From a virus (taxonomy: Duplodnaviria > Caudoviricetes): DNA of 45,611 nucleotides. This document shows, in pieces, positions 1 to 8,055 of this stretch; position 1 is the first letter of the stretch, and the number at the start of each line of letters is the position of its first letter. The notes under the pieces were generated by a model that saw nothing but the letters and a program-made list of their open reading frames with translations, had not been told where the DNA came from and did no database searches. The stretch spans positions 1 to 45,611 of the IMG/VR virus record IMGVR_UViG_3300027975_000006; one strand, given 5' to 3'. The position numbers and the translations under genes were made by a program.

Positions 1-13
1 GTGTCGTGGAGGG

Positions 14-28
14 TTCCCACCGTGGGAA
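14..28. repeat. Palindromic operator-like site 1 (TTCCCACCGTGGGAA)
   Basis: Perfect 7-bp inverted repeat with 1-bp centre; ends 17 bp upstream of the TACCGT -10 box. Confidence 0.85.
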
Positions 29-45
29 ATGGGGCCCGAAACCGC

Positions 46-51
46 TACCGT
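46..51 (+). promoter_or_regulatory. Putative -10 element (TACCGT) of a leaderless promoter for the RHH gene
   Basis: TANNNT hexamer 6 nt before ATG 58, no RBS; typical actinobacterial leaderless arrangement. Confidence 0.5.
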
Positions 52-57
52 GAGCCC

Positions 58-252
58 ATGGGACGACCATCCAAGGGTGTCCGCACCCGATTCACCACCC
101 GGGTACCGGCCAACCTCGCCCGCATGATGGAGGATGAAGCCGACCGGCGCGGCATGACCATCAACGACTGGCTGCTCTGGGCCGCGCGGGCCATGATCGA
201 CACCAGCAGGCTCCAACCGAGCCGGGGAGGACGCCGTGACGACGCTGCCTGA
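58..252 (+). CDS. Ribbon-helix-helix DNA-binding protein (64 aa)
   Basis: MGRPSKG..RFTTRVP strand followed by two helices (LARMMEDEADRRGMTINDWL); start moved to ATG 58. Confidence 0.75.
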   Translation: MGRPSKGVRTRFTTRVPANLARMMEDEADRRGMTINDWLLWAARAMIDTSRLQPSRGGRRDDAA

Positions 253-724
253 CCTCACCGTCGAACGGGTGGACTGGGACAGCCTCACCCAGCACCCATC
301 CAACCCGCGCAACGGTGACATCGAAGCCATCAAGGAATCCATCCTCGCCAACGGGGTGTACCGGCCCGTCATCGTCGCCCGCGACGGCACCATCCTCGCC
401 GGGCACCACCTGTGGCTCGCGCTGGGCGAACTGGGGCGGGAGCAGTGCGACATCGTGCGGCTGCCGATCCACCCCGCATCCACCGAGGCCACCCGCATCC
501 TGCTCGCCGACAACCGCACCGCCGACCTCGGCAACTACGACGACGGGCTGCTCGCCCGGCTGCTGCGCGACCTCGACAGCGAAGCCGGGCTGATCGGCAC
601 CGGCTACGACAACGACGACCTCGCCGCCCTGCTGAACTCCATCGAGGACCCCGGTCACGGCTTCGGGGTCACCGACATCGAACCGCCGCGCTGCCCCAAC
701 TGCGGCTTCACCCTCGGAGACTGA
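236..724 (+). CDS. ParB/Srx-like N-terminal domain protein with C-terminal CxxC
   Basis: HPSNPR..G..RPVIV...ILAGHH and LADNR motifs; C-terminal CPNCG; GGGGAGGA RBS. Confidence 0.8.
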   Translation: MTTLPDLTVERVDWDSLTQHPSNPRNGDIEAIKESILANGVYRPVIVARDGTILAGHHLWLALGELGREQCDIVRLPIHPASTEATRILLADNRTADLGNYDDGLLARLLRDLDSEAGLIGTGYDNDDLAALLNSIEDPGHGFGVTDIEPPRCPNCGFTLGD

Positions 725-725
725 C

Positions 726-1184
726 ATGCCCCGCAAGCGCCGCGCCGTGACCCAAGCCCCCGGACGCGCCGGGCTGGCCCTGCGCCTCGCCGGGGCCTCC
801 TACGCCGAGATCGCCGACACGTTGGCCCTCGCCGACGCCGCCGAGGCACGGGACCTCGTGTGCAACGAACTCGCCGCCCGCGACGTGGACGCCTCCGAGC
901 GGATCGCGCTGCGCGCCGAGGAAGCCGCCCGCATCGAACGCCTGCTGCGCGGGGTGTGGGCCAAGGCCACCAACCCGCACGACCCCGAACACCTGCCCGC
1001 CGCCCGCGTCGCCCTCAGCATGGTCGATCGGCACGCCCGGCTCCTCGGCCTCGACATGCCCACCGAGGTCATCGTCTACACCCCCACCACCACCGAGATC
1101 GAGACATGGGTCGCCGAGATGCTGTCCAAGTCGTCATCGGTCATCGACGTGGAGGAGGCCGATGTCCTCGCCATTGAGGCGTGA
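726..1184 (+). CDS. HTH protein, probable terminase small subunit
   Basis: LRLAGASYAEIADTL HTH, RHARLLGLD motif, upstream of the large terminase. Confidence 0.7.
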   Translation: MPRKRRAVTQAPGRAGLALRLAGASYAEIADTLALADAAEARDLVCNELAARDVDASERIALRAEEAARIERLLRGVWAKATNPHDPEHLPAARVALSMVDRHARLLGLDMPTEVIVYTPTTTEIETWVAEMLSKSSSVIDVEEADVLAIEA

Positions 1185-1539
1185 CCCGCCCGAGATCGTG
1201 GACGCCGACAAGGAGGCGGGCCGGATGCTGGCCACCGACGCCGACCGCGCCCGGGAAGCCCGGGACTGGCGCACCACCACCGCCGGGGGCCCGCCCGCCG
1301 TCGTCGCCCGCGAGTCCACCCCCGACCGGTGGAACTGCTACGTCACCTTCGGGGTGGTCGCCGCCCGCGAGGTGGCCAAGGCGGCAGCCGCCGACGGGGT
1401 GCACCCCAGCGAGTACATCAGGAACACGGTGCTGGCCGACCTCGCCGCCCGCGCCGGGTGTGCGCCGGAGGACTTGCGGGAGAACCTGACCCGGTACAGC
1501 AAGCCGCGTGGGAACCGGGCCCGGGCGCTGCGCACATGA
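1162..1539 (+). CDS. Putative RHH-like DNA-binding protein (alternative start ATG 1225)
   Basis: YVTF..AAREVAKAAAADGVHPSEYIR pattern; stop overlaps the terminase ATG. Confidence 0.5.
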   Translation: MSSPLRRDPPEIVDADKEAGRMLATDADRAREARDWRTTTAGGPPAVVARESTPDRWNCYVTFGVVAAREVAKAAAADGVHPSEYIRNTVLADLAARAGCAPEDLRENLTRYSKPRGNRARALRT

Positions 1540-2930
1540 CCACCATCGACCCGGAGGCGTTCAAGCGCTGGACCCCCGCCGCGCAGGAGAAGGCGCTGGA
1601 AGCGCTGCGCGCCGCCCAGAACGACAACTGGCGCCCGTTCTACTGCCACGACCCCGCCTGCAACGGGATGCCGCACGACAAGTGGGAGTGGAACCACGCC
1701 CGCGCCGACCAGCGCCCCCCCACCGACGCCGACTGGCTGGTCTGGCTGCTCAAGTCCGGGCGCGGCTCCGGCAAGACCCGCACCGGCACCGAGATGACCC
1801 ACCGCGTCGTGGAGAAGGTGCCCCGGATCGCCCTCATCGGGGCCACCGGCGCCGACGTGCGCGACATCATGCTGGAGGGCGAGTCCGGCATCCTCAACGT
1901 GTACCCGCCGGGCAAGAAACCAGTCCACGAACCGTCGAAGCGCCGGGTCACCTTCCACAACGGGGCCGTGGCCACCCTGTTCAGCGCCGAGGAACCCGAC
2001 CGGCTGCGTGGCCCGGAGCACTACTGGGCGTGGTGCGACGAGGCCGCGCACTGGGCGCTCGTGCAGCAGGTGTGGGACAACCTGCTGTTCGGGCTGCGGT
2101 TGGGGGCCAAGCCCCGGATCGTGGTCACCACCACCCCCAAGCCGCGCCCGTGGCTCAAGGCCCTGATGAAGGACCCGACCACCCGGATGTCGGTGGCCTC
2201 CACCTACGACAACCTCGCCAACCTGTCGGCGGTGTACCGGGACATCATCATCCCCAAGTACGAGGGCACCCGGCTGGGCCGTCAGGAGTTGAACGCCGAG
2301 GTGCTGGAGGATGTCGAGGGCGCCCTGTGGAACTGGGACATGATCGAGTCGCTGCGGTTCACCGACCCGCCGGAGCACATGGACCGGATCGTCGTCGCGG
2401 TGGACCCCGCCGGGTCGAAGAAGAAGAAGAACGACGAGACGGGCATCGTGGTCGTGGGCCGGTCCGGGGACCACTTCTACGTGCTGGCCGACCGGTCCGG
2501 GCACTACTCGCCGAACGGGTGGGCGCGGGCGGTGATGGCCGCGCACGACGAGTTCAGCGCCGACGCGGTGATCGCCGAGACGAACTTCGGCGGCGAGATG
2601 GTCACCTCCAACCTGCGGGCCGCTGACTCGTTCCCCCGGATTCAGGAGGTCAACGCCAAGCGCGGCAAGGCGTTGCGCGCGGAGCCCGTCGTCGGGCAGT
2701 ACGAGCGGAAGTTGGTGCACCACCCGCACGACGGGCTGCCGGACCTTGAGTCGCAGATGACCGAGTGGGTGCCCTACGAGGACACCGACTCCCCCGACCG
2801 GGTGGACGCCCTCGTGTACGCGGTCACGCATCTGGCCAAGGGCCTGCTCCCGGCGGGGATCAGCAGTCCGACGAACCTCAAGCGCGACGCGGACGGGCGG
2901 CTGCGGGTCATCAAAGGCGGTGCCGCGTGA
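1536..2930 (+). CDS. terL: Terminase large subunit
   Basis: Walker A GRGSGKT, Walker B WCDE, TTTP motif III, nuclease VAVDP...DRVDA; ATGA overlap. Confidence 0.95.
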   Translation: MTTIDPEAFKRWTPAAQEKALEALRAAQNDNWRPFYCHDPACNGMPHDKWEWNHARADQRPPTDADWLVWLLKSGRGSGKTRTGTEMTHRVVEKVPRIALIGATGADVRDIMLEGESGILNVYPPGKKPVHEPSKRRVTFHNGAVATLFSAEEPDRLRGPEHYWAWCDEAAHWALVQQVWDNLLFGLRLGAKPRIVVTTTPKPRPWLKALMKDPTTRMSVASTYDNLANLSAVYRDIIIPKYEGTRLGRQELNAEVLEDVEGALWNWDMIESLRFTDPPEHMDRIVVAVDPAGSKKKKNDETGIVVVGRSGDHFYVLADRSGHYSPNGWARAVMAAHDEFSADAVIAETNFGGEMVTSNLRAADSFPRIQEVNAKRGKALRAEPVVGQYERKLVHHPHDGLPDLESQMTEWVPYEDTDSPDRVDALVYAVTHLAKGLLPAGISSPTNLKRDADGRLRVIKGGAA

Positions 2931-2963
2931 GGTCCGACTGCCATACTCCTCGCGGGAGGTTCG

Positions 2964-3287
2964 ATGTGGGGCGTTGACTGGCCGACGCTGCTGGCCGCTG
3001 TCGTGGTCGGCACCCTCGGCGTCGCCCGGCTCACCCGCTTGGTCGTGGACGACGACTGGCCGCCGATGCTGTGGTTCCGCCGCATCTGGGACCGGGCATG
3101 GGGGCAGTCCTCATGGGTCACCCTCATCGAGTGCCCGTTCTGCGTGGCCCCCTACTTCACCGCCGCGTCGATCGCGTGGGCGGTTCTCTCTGACTTGCAC
3201 TGGTCATGGTGGCTGTTCCATGGCTGGCTGGCGGTCGCGTACCTCGCAGCCATGCTGAATGTCCGCGACATCCCACCGGAGGCATGA
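2964..3287 (+). CDS. Membrane protein (DUF1360-like)
   Basis: ARLTRLVVDD, CPFC, hydrophobic helices; sits between terminase and portal. Confidence 0.65.
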   Translation: MWGVDWPTLLAAVVVGTLGVARLTRLVVDDDWPPMLWFRRIWDRAWGQSSWVTLIECPFCVAPYFTAASIAWAVLSDLHWSWWLFHGWLAVAYLAAMLNVRDIPPEA

Positions 3288-3288
3288 C

Positions 3289-5055
3289 ATGGCCCGTACC
3301 CGCACCCGACCCGCCCCGGTGCCGGAGCACAACTCACTGATCGCCAGCGCCCTGCGGATGCCGCCGGTGCAGCGCAACGCTGTCGGCAAGGCCCAAGCGT
3401 GGCAGGCCGAGGCGTGGCAGTTCTACGACCGGGTGGCCGAACTGCGGTTCGTGGCCAACTGGGTCGGCAACGTCATGTCGCGGGCCAAGTTGGTCGTCGC
3501 CAAGCGGGTCGAGGACACCCTCGTGGTCCAGCACGACGGGGAGGCGGTCGAGGCGCTGGCCGCGTACCACGGCGGGTTGCAGGGCCAGCAGCAGATGCTC
3601 CAGCAGGCCGGGGTGCACCTGACCGTCGCGGGCGAGTTCTACGACGTGATGCTCAAGGACATGTGGACGGTGCTGGCCAACGACAAGGTGAACGGGTCCA
3701 GCGGGTCGCTGACCTGCGACCTCGGCGACGGGGCCCGCACCCCGATCCAGTCGAAGAAGGACATGGCCATCCGGGTGTGGACACCGCACCCCCGGGAGCC
3801 GCTGCGCGCCGACTCGCCCACCCAGTCGAACCGGGGCACGCTGGCCGAGATCGCCACCCTGTCCGACCACATCGCCGCGCAGTTGGAGTCCCGGCTGGCC
3901 GGTGCGGGCATCCTCTGGGTGCCCTCCGAGATCACCTTCCCTACCCCGAAGGAGGCCGACCCGTCGGCGTCGGTGGCCGATCAGTTCATGGCCGTCCTCG
4001 GCGAGGCGATGGTCACCCCGATCAAGGACCGCGCGTCGGCCAGCGCGATCGTGCCGATCGTGGTCACCGCCCCGGGCGAGTATCTGGAGAAGGCCCGGCA
4101 CATGACCTTCTGGTCGGAGTTGGACGCCGAGACGATCAACATGCGCGACAACGCGGTGAAGCGACTGGCCATCGGCCTCGACACCCCGCCCGAGGTGCTG
4201 CTCGGCATGGGTGACAGCAACCACTGGAACGCGTGGTTGGTGGACGAGGCCGCGATCAAGAGCCATCTGGAGCCCCGGTTGCAGGTGATCTGTCACGCGC
4301 TGACCGAGGCATACCTGCGTCCGGCGCTGACCGGCGCCGCCGACGCCGAGGACTACTACGTGCTGGCCGACACCTCCGACATCCGGCTGCGCCCGAACCG
4401 CTCGCGGGAGGCCGTGGAACTCTACGACCGTGGCGAACTGTCGGGCACGGCGCTGCGCCGGGAGACAGGCTTCCTGCCCGAGGACGAGCCGAAGGGCGAG
4501 GAGGAGCGCGAGTGGCTGCTGCGCCGGATCGCCACCGGCTCGACCAGCCCGGAGCAGACGCAGGCCGCGCTCCGGCTGCTCGGCGCCGACCTCGGTCCGC
4601 TGGCCGTCGAGGGCGAGGCCCAGCCGACGATCCCACCGGTGCTGCAACCGCGCCGGTCACTGGAGGGCCACCCGGAGAACCGGGTGCCCGACCTCCAGCG
4701 GTCCACGAAGGACCGGGAGTCCCGGGAGGGCATGATCGCCGCCGCCGACGCGCTGGTCTACCGGGCGCTGGAGCGGGTCGGCAACCGGCTGTGCAACGGG
4801 ACGATGAAGGCGCAGTTGGCCGACACGCCGTCGCACTGGCGCTACATGTACGTGGACACGGTGCCGGAGAATGCTGTCGATGGCGCGTGGGCGTTCGCCG
4901 CTGAGGTGCTTGAGGCAACAGGCAGCCCGGTGGACACCGCCCGCATCTGTGCGGCCATCGACGGGTACGTCCGGTTCATCATCAACGACCAGCGCAAGCA
5001 CCACCGTGACCTGCTGGAGGCCGCGCTGATCGCCGCTGGGGTGGTCGAACCCTAA
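3289..5055 (+). CDS. Portal protein
   Basis: AWQFYDRVAELRF, SRLAGAGILWVPSE, LDTPPEVLLG..NHW motifs of cluster B-like portals; position after terminase. Confidence 0.9.
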   Translation: MARTRTRPAPVPEHNSLIASALRMPPVQRNAVGKAQAWQAEAWQFYDRVAELRFVANWVGNVMSRAKLVVAKRVEDTLVVQHDGEAVEALAAYHGGLQGQQQMLQQAGVHLTVAGEFYDVMLKDMWTVLANDKVNGSSGSLTCDLGDGARTPIQSKKDMAIRVWTPHPREPLRADSPTQSNRGTLAEIATLSDHIAAQLESRLAGAGILWVPSEITFPTPKEADPSASVADQFMAVLGEAMVTPIKDRASASAIVPIVVTAPGEYLEKARHMTFWSELDAETINMRDNAVKRLAIGLDTPPEVLLGMGDSNHWNAWLVDEAAIKSHLEPRLQVICHALTEAYLRPALTGAADAEDYYVLADTSDIRLRPNRSREAVELYDRGELSGTALRRETGFLPEDEPKGEEEREWLLRRIATGSTSPEQTQAALRLLGADLGPLAVEGEAQPTIPPVLQPRRSLEGHPENRVPDLQRSTKDRESREGMIAAADALVYRALERVGNRLCNGTMKAQLADTPSHWRYMYVDTVPENAVDGAWAFAAEVLEATGSPVDTARICAAIDGYVRFIINDQRKHHRDLLEAALIAAGVVEP

Positions 5056-5065
5056 AGGAGGGGTC

Positions 5066-7789
5066 ATGTCCGACACCGCACGCGAGGAGTTCCGTATCTC
5101 CCGGCTCAAGGAGATGGACCGGGTGTCCGCCGACCTGTTCGGTGCGATCGACGAAGCCCTCAAGGCGGGGCTGGTCGGCAAGGACTTCGCCGAGTACATC
5201 GCCGACCCGCTGTACGCGTCGTTCCTCGCCCAGTACGAGGCCGAGGGGCTGTCCCCGTTCGCCATCTTCGACTCCCCGCGCAAGGCGTGGGACTGGTTCT
5301 ACGGACGGGTGAGGTCCGGGCTGGAGGCGGTGGTCGAGTCGTCGGAGGCCAAGCGGATCGCCGACTGGCTGGGCACCGCCACCGTCAACGGGGCCAAGGT
5401 CGCCGGGACGGAGAGCGAGGGCGGCAAGATGTGGCTGTCCCGCCGCGACGCGAAGGTGCGGCCCAAGCATGTCGAGGCCGATGGGCAGGTGGTGCCGTGG
5501 GGTGTCCCTTTCATCGCCTGCGGCGAGGAGATGGCGTTCCCCGGTGAGCCGGTGGGTGACCCGGAGTGCTGGCTGAACTGCCGGTGTGTCGCGGCGCCCG
5601 CCGTGCTCCCCGGCCCGGTGACCGCCGCCGCCGACCCAGAGGCCACCGGCAAGGTGATCGTGGCCATCCCAGCGCAGGATGACCCGATCTGGAACGCTTC
5701 CAGTGAGCCGAAGCCGCACATGACGATGATCTGGCTGGGCAAGCAGGAGTTCACCCCGGAGCAGTGGGGCTCCATCCTCGGCGGCGTCAAGGGAGCGGCG
5801 ATGGAGTTCGGCGCGGCTGAGGGCCCGCAGGAGTTGGCGGTCACCAGCCGGGAGCCGCTGGGCGACGACGACGCCGACGTGCTCATGCTGGACCCCGGCC
5901 CGATGACCCGGTTGCGCGACTACATGCTCACCCACGAGACGATCAAGGCCGCACACGACGCGGTGGACCAGTACCCGCAGTGGACCCCGCACCTGACCCT
6001 CGGATACCCGACCACTCCCGCGAAGGGTGAGCCGGGTGAGACGATTCGGTTCGATCGTCTGGCAGTCTGGGACGGTGACTACGAGGGTGAGGAGTACCCG
6101 ATGAGCGTCGCGGTCGAGGAAGATATGCCCGTCGTGGACGAGGACGAGCCGATTTCCCACGGTGGGAACCCGGACGAGGACTGGTCGGTGGAGCCGGTGC
6201 CGTGGAACGGCGTGCTCGCCCCCGAGGGCATCCCGTCCGGTGACGGGCGCCGGTTCGCGCCGGGCGCGCTGGAGTGGCGCGACCTGCCGATCCCGCTGCT
6301 GTGGCAGAAGTCGAACGGCATGGGCCACGAGGGCGCGGTCATCGTCGGGCAGATCAACAACATCTGGCGGGACGGCAACCTGCTGCGCGGGGCCGGGTTC
6401 TTCGCCGACACGCCGGAGGCCGACGAGGTGATCGGCTTGTACGCGGAGGGCCACGCGCGCGGGGTGTCCGTGGACGTGGACAGTGCGGAGATGGCCGTGG
6501 AGGACGAGGAGGCGCAGTCGATCCTGTTCAACAAGGGCCGGATCAGCGCCGCCACCCTGTGCGCGATCCCCGCGTTCGCCGAGGCGTACGTCGTGCTGGG
6601 CGAGTGGGTGGAGCCCGAGGTGGATGCGATGGCCGCTGGGCTGGTCACCCCGGAGGAGTTCCGGGTCAGCGTCAACTCGCCGACCGGGCCGGTGACCGGC
6701 GGGCAGGACGTGCCGCTGCCGTTCGTGGCCGACGTGCCACTGGCGGTCGCCGCGTCCAGCGAGACGGAGGCGTTCAAGCGCGGACCGGGCTGGGTGACCG
6801 ACCCGGTGGCCACCAAGCGCATCCACGACTACTGGACCAAGCCCGGCCACGAGGGCTACGCCAAGATCGGCTGGGGCACCCCGGGCGACTTCCGGCGGCT
6901 GCGCGCGCATCTGGCCAAGTACATCGGCCCGCAGTTCCTCAACCGCACGGTGGCCCAGTGGCACCACGACGCGCTGGGCTACTGGCCGGGCGAGAAGGGC
7001 AAGCCGGGCAACCCGATGGCCCTCGGCACCCCGGCCCCGGCGCTGCACCTCGTGGCCTCGGGCGGTTGGTGCGCACCGTCGGAGTGGTACGAGGACCCCA
7101 AGTTGGAGGGGCCGACCGCGCTGACCATCACCGACGACGGTCGCGTGTTCGGCCACGTCGCCCAGTGGGGCACCTGCCACATCGGGATCACCGGGGTGTG
7201 CACGGAGCCGCCGACCTCAGCCTCGGACTACGCCTACTTCATGACCGGGGTGGTCCGCACCGCCGAGGGCACCGATGTGCACGTCGGCCAGATCACCATG
7301 GGCACCGGCCACGCGAGCACCGCGCGCGGGGTCAGCGCCCGGCAGGCGGCAGCCCACTACGACAACACCGGGGCCGCTGTGGCCGACATCCGGGTCGGTC
7401 AGGACGAGTACGGCATCTGGATGGCCGGGGCGATGCGCCCGACTGCCACGGAGCAGCAGCGCTACGAACTGCGCGCAGCGGGGGCGGTGTCCGGGGACTG
7501 GCGCGACATCGGCGGGTCGCTGGAACTGGTCGCCGCACTGGGCGTGAACGTGCCCGGGTTCCCGATCCCCCGGGTGGCTCTGGCCGCGTCCGGGGACCGG
7601 CAGGAGTCGCTGGTCGCCGCAGGCATCGTCATGCCGGACAGCGGCGACGCCGACGACGTGGCCGACTTCGTGAGGGCCGTGGCCGACGAGGTGGAGGCGC
7701 GGGCCACGCGGCGTGCGCGCGCGGCGGCACTGCTGGACGATACGAGGGCGCTGCGCGTTGCCGCGCTCAAGGACAAGGTGGAGGTCTGA
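5066..7789 (+). CDS. MuF-like minor head / 2H phosphoesterase / capsid maturation protease fusion (907 aa)
   Basis: MuF-like WLSRRDAKVRPKH...NCRC; two HxT motifs (HMTM, HLTL); protease-like GVLAPEG..SGDGR...GH...VG and GRVFGHVAQWGTCH domains. Confidence 0.8.
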   Translation: MSDTAREEFRISRLKEMDRVSADLFGAIDEALKAGLVGKDFAEYIADPLYASFLAQYEAEGLSPFAIFDSPRKAWDWFYGRVRSGLEAVVESSEAKRIADWLGTATVNGAKVAGTESEGGKMWLSRRDAKVRPKHVEADGQVVPWGVPFIACGEEMAFPGEPVGDPECWLNCRCVAAPAVLPGPVTAAADPEATGKVIVAIPAQDDPIWNASSEPKPHMTMIWLGKQEFTPEQWGSILGGVKGAAMEFGAAEGPQELAVTSREPLGDDDADVLMLDPGPMTRLRDYMLTHETIKAAHDAVDQYPQWTPHLTLGYPTTPAKGEPGETIRFDRLAVWDGDYEGEEYPMSVAVEEDMPVVDEDEPISHGGNPDEDWSVEPVPWNGVLAPEGIPSGDGRRFAPGALEWRDLPIPLLWQKSNGMGHEGAVIVGQINNIWRDGNLLRGAGFFADTPEADEVIGLYAEGHARGVSVDVDSAEMAVEDEEAQSILFNKGRISAATLCAIPAFAEAYVVLGEWVEPEVDAMAAGLVTPEEFRVSVNSPTGPVTGGQDVPLPFVADVPLAVAASSETEAFKRGPGWVTDPVATKRIHDYWTKPGHEGYAKIGWGTPGDFRRLRAHLAKYIGPQFLNRTVAQWHHDALGYWPGEKGKPGNPMALGTPAPALHLVASGGWCAPSEWYEDPKLEGPTALTITDDGRVFGHVAQWGTCHIGITGVCTEPPTSASDYAYFMTGVVRTAEGTDVHVGQITMGTGHASTARGVSARQAAAHYDNTGAAVADIRVGQDEYGIWMAGAMRPTATEQQRYELRAAGAVSGDWRDIGGSLELVAALGVNVPGFPIPRVALAASGDRQESLVAAGIVMPDSGDADDVADFVRAVADEVEARATRRARAAALLDDTRALRVAALKDKVEV
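6154..6168. repeat. Palindromic site 2 (TTCCCACGGTGGGAA), intragenic
   Basis: Exact motif in the acidic linker between the 2H and protease domains. Confidence 0.85.
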
Positions 7790-7790
7790 C

Positions 7791-7937
7791 ATGGGGTGCG
7801 GATGCAACAGCGGCAAGGGCAAGCAGCAGTACGAGGTGGTCGCCGCCGATGGCAAGGTGACCGTCGTGGACTCCCGCACTGCCGCGCTCGCGCTGGTGCG
7901 CAAGACCGGCGGATCGTGGCGTCCGAAGGCCAGTTGA
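7791..7937 (+). CDS. Small MGCGC-type head-region protein (48 aa)
   Basis: GGAGGT RBS, MGCGC N-terminus; such short genes commonly precede capsid genes in this phage type. Confidence 0.65.
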   Translation: MGCGCNSGKGKQQYEVVAADGKVTVVDSRTAALALVRKTGGSWRPKAS

Positions 7938-8055
7938 TGCAAACCGCTGGCGGCGTGCTGTAACGTCAGCGGCAGCGCGCGCATGGAGTAGCCCTGCGAG
8001 CGGCCTCTCGGAGTAGAGGAGCGACCTAGCCGTTCCTAGAACCGGGAGAGCCACC

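Noticed and set aside
14-724. Palindromes as canonical parS sites of a ParABS system
   Set aside because: Sequence differs from parS (GTTTCACGTGAAAC), centre length varies, the ParB-like protein lacks an HTH and no ParA is seen
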